From Rhodospirillaceae bacterium (GTDB lineage: Bacteria > Pseudomonadota > Alphaproteobacteria > Rhodospirillales > Rhodospirillaceae), in assembly GCA_041686745.1 (NCBI GenBank), contig JAWLDH010000010.1:94239-126238 (forward strand): DNA of 32,000 bases, written 5' to 3'. Every line of letters begins with the position of its first letter. Position 1 is the stretch's first letter. Shown piece by piece: positions 1 through 6,200 of the stretch. The notes under the pieces are model-generated. The model was not told where the DNA came from and ran no database searches. It was given only the letters and a program-made list of their open reading frames with translations. A program made the translations under genes and the position numbers.

Positions 1-130
1 GCTTAAACGATTCGGGATCCGCGAGGGCCTCGGCGGCATCGTAAAACTTAGGGTCGTCGTGGGAAAATTCCTGCGTATCAATGATCGCGCGGGTGGGTTC
101 ATCTTCGGTTACATGCGTATCTTTAGTCAT
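1..130 (-). CDS. hypothetical protein, N-terminal fragment (gene runs off the left edge)
   Basis: ATG at 130-128 on the minus strand, with an AAGGTGA RBS-like motif (reverse complement of 135-141) 4 nt upstream. The frame MTKDTHVTEDEPTRAIIDTQEFSHDDPKFYDAAEALADPESFK stays open to position 1. It is absent from the ORF track because it is truncated. No family recognised. Confidence 0.3.
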   Translation of the reverse strand, partial: MTKDTHVTEDEPTRAIIDTQEFSHDDPKFYDAAEALADPESFK

Positions 131-329
131 TGTGTCACCTTGTCCGTATGATACTGCGCAATATTGCGACAGGTGCTATGTCGGGCAGGGGCGCAAGTAC
201 GTCAATGGCTTTGTGGAATATATTTTAAACATACCTGAGCGGTATGTTTTGGTTTACCGATTAATTTTGGTGACTGGATAAAACCGTTACTAAGTCCGTT
301 ATCGGAGATACTTTTTGAGCAAGTAACGG

Positions 330-356
330 GGGGAGGAGGTAAATTGCCTCCTCCCC
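330..356 (-). terminator. GC-rich hairpin just downstream of the AAA+ ATPase stop codon
   Basis: GGGGAGGAGG (330-339), loop taaattg, CCTCCTCCCC (347-356): a perfect 10-bp stem 14 nt after the stop at 371-373. No clear U-tract follows on either strand, so its terminator function is uncertain. Confidence 0.35.
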
Positions 357-370
357 GCCAATGGCGCCAT

Positions 371-1855
371 TCAGTGCAGAAGTCGCCTGAATCGGCCCGA
401 GGCGCCAAGGATGCGACGCAGAGCCAACTTGATCCGCCGCGGCGACACCCCCGCCGTGAAAGACTTGCGCAGAAGGGCGTGCGCCTCGGGATCGAGCGGC
501 GGCAAGTCCTGCGGCACGACCTCCAACTCCTCAGCCAGTTCCCGGATGAGACTGAGGAGAACCCGGCTGAAGTGTTCGGGACGCGGTCCCCCTACTGACA
601 CCACCGTCAGGCGGGACAGCAGGGGCGCCGGGATGCCAGCGGTGTGGTTCGCCGTCAGGACCCATGACACGTGGCTGAGGTCGGCGGGCACCATCAGGGC
701 CTCATCCGGCCATGCCCGCGCCGTCGCCGGCTCCAGCATGGACAGCAGGGTGTGGGCGACGACGCCGTTGCGGTCGCTGCCGCCGCTCTTGTCGATCTCG
801 TCCACCACGATCAGGGGATTGGCGCAGCCGCTGTGCGCCATGGCGATGAGCGGCAGGCAAGGCTGCGTGCTTGACCAGCCCCGCGCCGTGCCGGCGAGCA
901 GCCGGTTGTCCGTGGAACCGGCGGCGTTGATCTCGGCGTAGCCGACCCTGGCCAGGGTGACGAGACGCTTCGCGAACGTGGTCTTGCCGACACCGGGCGG
1001 GCCGACCAGCAGCAGCGGCGGCAGCTTGAACGCGGTGTGCCCGGCGCCGCCGTTGAGCCGCAACTCGGTCTCGATGATGTCGATGGCCTTGCCCATCCAC
1101 GGCGCCTCGTCGCGCAGGAACCACGCCAGCAGGTCCGGGCGCAGCGGGCACGGGACGAGGTCCAGCGGCTGGGTAAGCCGCTCGTACTGCCGCGCGAGGT
1201 CCCGCCCTTCCCGCGTGCCGCCGTCCCCGATCCCTTTGAGCACGGTGATCTGCCGGCGGCGCGGCAGGACTGCGGGGCGGGCAGGCTTCTCTGGCGGCTT
1301 GTCCAGGAGAAGGTCGTCGGCAGGCGTGTCGGGGTCGCTCCGAACGCCGTGGTGGCGGTCATCGAAGTCGATCTGCTCCATCAGGTACCGGCACAACCGC
1401 CTGCGTCCCGCCGTGTCGACCATGGACGGAAAGCGGAGGCCGCCGCCATTCCAGGCAAGGGCCAGGCGCAGGAGGGCAACCCTCTCCTTCTTGCTGTTCG
1501 TGTTGTCGCCCTTCTGCATGAGTTGCGCCATCCGCCCCAGCAGCATCTGGCACAGGGCGAACTTGGCGAAGGGGTAGCCCCGCGCGGCGGCGAGCGCCAT
1601 CCAACTGGCCAGCACATCCTTGGTTTCGGTGCCAAGGAGGGCGTCGGCAATGGTGACCGCGGCCATGTCGTCGCCGTGAAGTGCGGCGGCGAGGGTCGCG
1701 TCGTCCACCCGTCCGGCGGTCACCGCACTCAGATGGGCGGCGAGGTCGTCGACCCTCCGGGTGATCTCCTTGGGGGGCAGGGTCCGCCACCACGACAGCG
1801 GCGGCTTGACGGTGGAGGTGGGCGTCGCCACCGGGGGCGTGAACTTATTGGTCAT
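371..1855 (-). CDS. AAA+ ATPase with a Lon-type ATPase module and no protease domain
   Basis: Walker A LLLVGPPGVGKTT, Walker B LIVVDEIDKSG, and a SMLEP...WVLTANHTAGIPAPLLSRL segment colinear with the Lon ATPase module (LVGPPGVGKTS...LDEIDK...LEVLDP...ATSN...IPAPLLDRM). I prefer the start at ATG 1855 (MTNKF), which has a GAGGAG RBS, over the track start at 1927. The N-terminal ~300 aa are unrecognised. Confidence 0.8.
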   Translation of the reverse strand: MTNKFTPPVATPTSTVKPPLSWWRTLPPKEITRRVDDLAAHLSAVTAGRVDDATLAAALHGDDMAAVTIADALLGTETKDVLASWMALAAARGYPFAKFALCQMLLGRMAQLMQKGDNTNSKKERVALLRLALAWNGGGLRFPSMVDTAGRRRLCRYLMEQIDFDDRHHGVRSDPDTPADDLLLDKPPEKPARPAVLPRRRQITVLKGIGDGGTREGRDLARQYERLTQPLDLVPCPLRPDLLAWFLRDEAPWMGKAIDIIETELRLNGGAGHTAFKLPPLLLVGPPGVGKTTFAKRLVTLARVGYAEINAAGSTDNRLLAGTARGWSSTQPCLPLIAMAHSGCANPLIVVDEIDKSGGSDRNGVVAHTLLSMLEPATARAWPDEALMVPADLSHVSWVLTANHTAGIPAPLLSRLTVVSVGGPRPEHFSRVLLSLIRELAEELEVVPQDLPPLDPEAHALLRKSFTAGVSPRRIKLALRRILGASGRFRRLLH

Positions 1856-2023
1856 CGCTTCTGCTCCTCTATGACCGTATCCGGGGCGGTCGCCTGGGGA
1901 GGAGCAGGCGCCGCTCAGGCGGCGCATGTTTCTCCGTGCAGGTGACCGACAGCTTGGCGCGCAAGGCGCCCGGCTATGCGGTCGTGGGAGTGGGCGAGCA
2001 GGTGCTGAAACATCAGGGTCTCC

Positions 2024-2046
2024 AAAAACGAAATCGTTTCGTTTTT
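2024..2046. repeat. 23-bp palindrome, copy 1 (AAAAACGAAATCGTTTCGTTTTT)
   Basis: A5-CGAAA / TTTCG-T5 arms around a 3-nt centre. It lies 45 nt downstream of the stop of the minus-strand gene 2092-2775. Near-identical copies sit at 4098 and 4605. It could be a weak bidirectional terminator. Confidence 0.7.
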
Positions 2047-2091
2047 CCGCGCAGTAGCGGGGGGCTCAGGTTCGGCGCCCCGCGGTGTCCG

Positions 2092-2775
2092 TCAGTTGGG
2101 GGTGTCGGTCGGCAGGGCCAGAAGGTTGGGCAAATCCGCCCGGATGCGGCGGCTGTAGTAGTCGCTTGCGGCAACCACCGCGTCCCGGACCGGGGCGCCG
2201 AAGTAGTCGTCCAACTCCTCCCCGGTCAGGCTGACCACCGGCGGCAGGCTGACCCGGCCGTGGAAAGCGAGCACCCTGGCGCATCCGGTGTCGACTTTGA
2301 AACTACGCGAGGCGGCATACGCCCTCGACAGCATGGCTACGCACAGGATGTCACGCAGCGTCTGACGGCGTTTCCCGGCGTCCAGGCACGCATTGCCCCG
2401 TTTGGTTTCAAGGCAGGTGATCGTGGCGGTCCGGTGGTCGATGACGCAGGCATCCACCCGCACCGTCCTCACAATTGGCCCTGTGAGCGGCAGGCTGGTC
2501 TCAAGGCAGCTCTCCAGGCCGGCGGCGTCGGCAAGGCGGTCCGCCTGCGCCGTGACAGGGAAGCGCGCCTCCCGCCACACCGTCAGGTGATCAACATTAC
2601 CCAGGGCGTCCGCGATGGCCCGCTGGATGATGTGCCCGTCGCGTTTGATGACGGAGCCCAGCATGCTGTGGAGCCGGGACAGCCGGGGGCCGAGAACCGG
2701 GTCTTCGACGAAAGTCCGCAGGGTCACGGTCTCCACGACCGTATCAATGTAGTGCTGCATTGTCATCGTGAGCAT
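2092..2775 (-). CDS. hypothetical protein, possible PD-(D/E)XK nuclease fold
   Basis: 227-aa ORF with an AAGGAG RBS 9 nt before ATG 2775. The segment VRVDACVIDHRTATITCLETKRG has a D...ExK arrangement (VD ... L-E-T-K) compatible with a PD-(D/E)XK core. No other family was recognised by eye. Confidence 0.55.
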   Translation of the reverse strand: MLTMTMQHYIDTVVETVTLRTFVEDPVLGPRLSRLHSMLGSVIKRDGHIIQRAIADALGNVDHLTVWREARFPVTAQADRLADAAGLESCLETSLPLTGPIVRTVRVDACVIDHRTATITCLETKRGNACLDAGKRRQTLRDILCVAMLSRAYAASRSFKVDTGCARVLAFHGRVSLPPVVSLTGEELDDYFGAPVRDAVVAASDYYSRRIRADLPNLLALPTDTPN

Positions 2776-2829
2776 GAGGGGGGACTCCTTGTCTCAGTCG
2801 ATCTTGATGCGGGCAACGAATTCCTCTAT

Positions 2830-2881
2830 CCTCAGTCAATATACCTGAGGCGGTTCGTGGAGTCAACCAATATGACTGAGG
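2830..2881. promoter_or_regulatory. operator-like repeats in the divergent 2775/2872 intergenic region
   Basis: CCTCAGTC (2830-2837) and its reverse complement GACTGAGG (2874-2881, overlapping the HTH gene ATG at 2872), plus CCTGAGG at 2844-2850. That gives three CTGAGG/CCTCAG half-sites between divergent genes. Confidence 0.35.
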
Positions 2882-3120
2882 TCATGGAATATTTTTCCCC
2901 CGCCCTGTGCCGGGCCGCCCGCGGCATGCTCGGCTGGTCACAGGGGGATCTGTCGGAAAGGGCTCATGTCGCCCGCTCGACCGTGACCGACTTCGAGCGG
3001 GGGACGCGGCAGCCGATGCGGAACAACCTGGCGGCCATGATACGCACCCTGGAAGAGGCGGGAGTCGTCTTCCTCCCGCCTGATGGGTTGGGGGCCGGGG
3101 TCCGTCTTGCCGAGGAGTAG
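2872..3120 (+). CDS. XRE-family helix-turn-helix transcriptional regulator (82 aa)
   Basis: LCRAARGMLGWSQGDLSERAHVARSTVTDFERGTRQPMRNNLAAMIRTLEEAGVVF is a classic Cro/C1 HTH pattern (WSQ..LA....VS..TI...E.G). Only the last 82 codons of track ORF 1936-3120 look real. Confidence 0.8.
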   Translation: MTEVMEYFSPALCRAARGMLGWSQGDLSERAHVARSTVTDFERGTRQPMRNNLAAMIRTLEEAGVVFLPPDGLGAGVRLAEE

Positions 3121-3128
3121 GCCCGGGT

Positions 3129-3914
3129 TCAGCGCCAGTCGCCGCGACGAATCAACTCACGGGCAGCCAATTGCGGGCCGAGGACCATCTTGAGCTCGTG
3201 CCAGTCCAGGTCCGCGAGGTAGGGTAACAGCTCCGGATTGTCATGATTGAATACGATCAGCTCTTCGGTACCGTAGGCGTTGGCGCTCTCGACAATCACC
3301 TGGCCGGTTTTCGTCTTGAAGAAGTTGCCGCATGGACCCAGGAACAGGCGGTCCAGGTGCTTTACTCCGGTAAGGTCGCGGGTCGGCCCCTCCGGAAGCC
3401 AGATACCGAAAATCTCATCCATGGTCTCGCCTGCCCACGCTTCCAGCTTGGCGCCATCCAGAATTTCGCTGACCGTCCACCTGCATTCGTCGTATCGACC
3501 CACCACCACGGCCTCGTTGGGCTGCAGGGGCATCGTTCTCCTGATGAAGGAGATACGCGGCAGGCTGGATGCTGCGTTAAACAATTTTCCGTAGTGGCCG
3601 TGGTGCTTCTCCCGTTCGTGCAGACGGCCTTCATGGCGGCACAACCGGCCGTCCGGCATATCCTGTGCGACGATAGCGGCGCTAGGCCGGACGACTTCGT
3701 CGAGGTGGCTGCCGGGGACCGGCACCACGATGTCGTGAATGTGCCAGGGCGCGGTCATCTCTCCCGCCAGATCAAGAAGCGTCCGGAATTGGTCATAATG
3801 CAGGATGGACAGAATGCGTTCATTTCGTTCAAATAGGACTAGTGGGTCTGTTTTAAATCTTTCGAAGAGGATGTCGCCGTTTCTATAGTATGGGTCGATT
3901 TCGTCGTATCTCAT
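3129..3914 (-). CDS. hypothetical protein (261 aa)
   Basis: Natural amino-acid composition (F, Y, K, E, I rich) compared with its antisense partner ORFs. GGAGG RBS 6 nt before ATG 3914 (MRYDEIDPYY), with an AT-rich promoter region upstream. No family recognised. Confidence 0.6.
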   Translation of the reverse strand: MRYDEIDPYYRNGDILFERFKTDPLVLFERNERILSILHYDQFRTLLDLAGEMTAPWHIHDIVVPVPGSHLDEVVRPSAAIVAQDMPDGRLCRHEGRLHEREKHHGHYGKLFNAASSLPRISFIRRTMPLQPNEAVVVGRYDECRWTVSEILDGAKLEAWAGETMDEIFGIWLPEGPTRDLTGVKHLDRLFLGPCGNFFKTKTGQVIVESANAYGTEELIVFNHDNPELLPYLADLDWHELKMVLGPQLAARELIRRGDWR

Positions 3915-3940
3915 GTGTTTCCTCCGGAATCCAACTATAT

Positions 3941-4011
3941 AAATTATAAAATTACTTGTTTTTATAGATGTCAAGGAAAAATTACGCGTTTACACTGTGT
4001 CAACTTGTCAA
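3941..4011 (-). promoter_or_regulatory. sigma70-like promoter region for gene 3129-3914
   Basis: Three TGTCAA hexamers on the plus strand (3969-3974, 3998-4003, 4006-4011) read as consensus -35 TTGACA on the minus strand. TTGACA at 3974-3969 is followed after 17 nt by TTTTAT, with TATAAT 3 nt further on. The region is strongly AT-rich. Confidence 0.4.
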
Positions 4012-4097
4012 TTAATTTAGTTTTTTACTTTGTATGAACCTAAAGTAAGGTGCCAATTTGTGGAGCCGTAGGGGGAGGCTGCCGGGCGCCCAACGTG

Positions 4098-4120
4098 AAA
4101 AACGAAATGATTTCGTTTTT
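4098..4120. repeat. 23-bp palindrome, copy 2 (AAAAACGAAATGATTTCGTTTTT)
   Basis: Arms are identical to copies 1 and 3; only the central bases differ. A shared TTCGGCG motif lies 24-25 nt to the right, as in copy 1. Confidence 0.7.
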
Positions 4121-4255
4121 CCGGACGGTTTGGTCGCGGGCCGTTCGGCGTCGGGCGAAAGGATGGTTCCATATATCAGCCGCCGGCTTCCGCACACCGA
4201 AAGTCGGCGCTGGTAGCCCAAGAAGGAAAATGGCAAGGGTGGTGGCGCACCCTCA

Positions 4256-4513
4256 GTGGCCGAAACAGCTATTTGTGCAGAGATGGCTCGATACCTCGTC
4301 GATTGGCGTTCCGGGAACCACGCAATTTATTACGTGCTGTGGTTCGGCAAGCTGCCGACGAGAACCGGACGGAGATTGAAGGCGCCGCCCGGTGGACTCG
4401 GCGGCCCAACGGCAGCGGTCGAAATGAGAATGATGCTGGTTGAGCGTATCTCCGAGTCGCGGCGGAGGCTCATCGATGTGGTCGTTTTGGACATAGTCGC
4501 TGGTAAGCCATAA
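4256..4513 (+). pseudogene. possible C-terminal remnant of a larger protein
   Basis: The frame opens only at 4217, after a TAG. The peptide ...ARYLVDWRSGNHAIYYVLWFGKLP...RRRLIDVVVLDIVAGKP has protein-like composition, but there is no convincing start or RBS and no N-terminal domain. The antisense ORF 4253-4600 is equally unconvincing. Confidence 0.25.
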
Positions 4514-4604
4514 GCGTGTCGCATGCCCTCGGCGTCGATTAAGCCGTCCGGCCCGTGGGGCGCCGTGCCGCTGCTGGGCGACCAGGTGCGGGAACGTCAT
4601 GTCT

Positions 4605-4627
4605 AAAAACGAAGTCGTTTCGTTTTT
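4605..4627. repeat. 23-bp palindrome, copy 3 (AAAAACGAAGTCGTTTCGTTTTT)
   Basis: Same arms as copies 1 and 2. It lies 51 nt downstream (in minus-strand sense) of the remnant stop at 4679. Confidence 0.7.
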
Positions 4628-4678
4628 CGTCGCCAGAGCGCTGGGTGGCCTGGACTGGGCCCTCGACCGCGGCGTCTA

Positions 4679-4741
4679 TCAGTTGGGGGTGCTCGTCGCC
4701 CGTGTCAGGAGGTTCGACAGCCCCGACCGGATGCGGCGGCT
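4679..4741 (-). pseudogene. 3-prime remnant of a paralogue of gene 2092-2775
   Basis: By hand alignment, 49 of 63 nt are identical to 2092-2154 with identical spacing. It encodes SRRIRSGLSNLLTRATSTPN-stop, against SRRIRADLPNLLALPTDTPN-stop in the intact gene. The frame is cut off at 4745, immediately next to the vsr stop (4759). Confidence 0.55.
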
Positions 4742-4758
4742 ACGTTTTTAAGGGAAAC

Positions 4759-5217
4759 CTATGGGAAGGATTGCTTCAGCGCCTCCGCCACTTCAGCCAG
4801 CCTCCTTACATTGGCCACTTCGCATTCCCAGATCACCAGAACGCGCCATCCGGCGGCCTCCAGTTCGGCGCCGACCTGCGTGTCCCGGGCCTTGTTGCGT
4901 GCCAACTTGGCCGCCCACCAGTCGGTGCGGGTCTTGGGAAGGCGGAACTTCACGCAGCCTTCATGGCAATGCCAGAAGCACCCGTGGACAAAGAGGACGG
5001 TGCGCCGTCCGGCGAATACCAGATCGGGCCGCCCCGGCAGCCGCTTGTGGTGAAGGCGGTAGCGGAGTCCTGCCGCCCAAAGGGCGCGGCGGACGGCTAG
5101 CTCCGGCTTGGTGTCCTTGCCCCGGATGCGGGACATGACCTCGGAGCGGGTCAGCGGTGGAGCCTTGGCCTTCCGGCGCTTCCGCTTTGCGCCCAGATTC
5201 AGGGGTGCAGGGCACAT
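4759..5217 (-). CDS. vsr: very short patch repair endonuclease (T:G mismatch)
   Basis: TRSEVMSRIRGKDTKPE...LPGRPDLVF...VLFVHGCFWHCH...PKTRTDWWAAKLARNKARD...GWRVLVIWECE is colinear with E. coli Vsr (TRSKNMRAI...LPGRPDFVV...IFTHGCFWHHH...PATRTEFWLEKIGKNVERD...GWRVLIVWECA). It overlaps the upstream gene by 19 nt. Confidence 0.9.
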   Translation of the reverse strand: MCPAPLNLGAKRKRRKAKAPPLTRSEVMSRIRGKDTKPELAVRRALWAAGLRYRLHHKRLPGRPDLVFAGRRTVLFVHGCFWHCHEGCVKFRLPKTRTDWWAAKLARNKARDTQVGAELEAAGWRVLVIWECEVANVRRLAEVAEALKQSFP

Positions 5218-6200
5218 GGCAGAAGGTTGGCTTCCTTGATGATGGCGCTCGCCTCATCCATTCCCAGGGAAGGCAGGTTGGCGAGGTCCACCGTGTACTT
5301 CACCGACACAACGCCCGACGGGGCCTGAAAATCGTCGGGGAGCCGCGGGAAGTCGTCATCCACGGCGTAGACCTCGGCGCCCCGCACGAAGAAGCGCAGG
5401 AGTTCGCCCGAGTTCCGCATCTCCTCCGACCAGCCCATGCCCACCATTTTCGTCATGAACGCGTCCAGTGCGGCGGCGTCGCCGCGCAGCAGGTCGATCA
5501 CCGCGTCAACCTGTGTCGCCAGAGTCTCCGCGCCGCCGACGCTCTGCTCCAATTGGATGGAGGCGAGCAGCAGTTGGCGGCCGGCGGGGACCCTTAGCTG
5601 ATCGAGGCGGGAGATCTCGTGTTCCGGGCGGCTTTTGCGGGTGGTCTTCACCTCGATGTGGAGGCGGCCGCTGACAAAGTCGTGGCGTTCGGAGTCCGGC
5701 CCGCTCCACTGGTCGACGGCGGCCGGACCCAGGCACGGAATCATCAAGGAGCGGAGCACCAGAAGTTCGCCGAACAGCCCGACCTGGACCGTCTTGTCCA
5801 TCTCCTGGCGCACCGGCTTCCAGGCCGACTGCCATGCTCGGATGGTCGCGGCAACCGCCTTCCACGGCTCACGGCCCTGGATGACGACCGCATCCACGAT
5901 GTCCCTGCAGAAGGGGGTGAACACCTGCTCGTGCGACGGCGGTGCGGTGAGGTCGAGCACCTCCCCGGTTTCCAGGCTGCGATGCCGCACCTTGAGTCCA
6001 TTCAGGTCGGCTGGCGGCGCGGCCGATGGGCCGCCCTGGACCGGAATCAGCAGGTGCAAATGTCCGGCGTGGTCCATCGCCAGGGACAGCGGGGACTCGA
6101 TTCCGTCCGAGGTGATCGGCATTGTGGCCAGGGCGTCCTCGCCCTGCGGCCGCACGGCCCGCAGGGCGGCCCACTGCTGAGGGGTGGGTCCGTCAGCCAT
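5199..6200 (-). CDS. PD-(D/E)XK motif protein (DUF4420-like), putative nuclease subunit
   Basis: ERHDFVSGRLHIEVKTTRK supplies the D...E-x-K core. The size, the GLFGELLVL helix, and the position after a Z1 protein and before vsr match the DUF4420 family context as I remember it. The start ATG at 6200 overlaps the Z1 stop by 8 nt. Confidence 0.75.
   Translation of the reverse strand: MADGPTPQQWAALRAVRPQGEDALATMPITSDGIESPLSLAMDHAGHLHLLIPVQGGPSAAPPADLNGLKVRHRSLETGEVLDLTAPPSHEQVFTPFCRDIVDAVVIQGREPWKAVAATIRAWQSAWKPVRQEMDKTVQVGLFGELLVLRSLMIPCLGPAAVDQWSGPDSERHDFVSGRLHIEVKTTRKSRPEHEISRLDQLRVPAGRQLLLASIQLEQSVGGAETLATQVDAVIDLLRGDAAALDAFMTKMVGMGWSEEMRNSGELLRFFVRGAEVYAVDDDFPRLPDDFQAPSGVVSVKYTVDLANLPSLGMDEASAIIKEANLLPCALHP

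Noticed and set aside
81-408. Small ORFs 81-281 (plus) and 202-408 (minus)
   Set aside because: They have no RBS, odd Cys- or Pro-rich compositions, and overlap the terminator hairpin and the better-supported truncated minus-strand gene at 1-130.
1936-3120. 394-aa plus-strand ORF taken as a single gene
   Set aside because: Its first ~310 codons are antisense to the better-supported gene 2092-2775 and look like shadow sequence. Only the last 82 codons, from ATG 2872, form a recognisable XRE-HTH protein.
2024-4627. The idea that the palindromes are integron attC sites or MITE ends
   Set aside because: The window has no integron integrase or transposase and no terminal inverted repeats beyond the palindrome itself. 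The copies sit downstream of gene ends like terminators. I kept this as an open repeat or terminator observation instead.
4253-5100. ORFs 4253-4600 (minus, 115 aa) and 4555-5100 (plus, 181 aa)
   Set aside because: Neither has an RBS or recognisable motifs. The second is antisense to vsr. The first overlaps an equally weak plus-strand remnant. I treat the interval 4012-4745 as decayed or non-coding.
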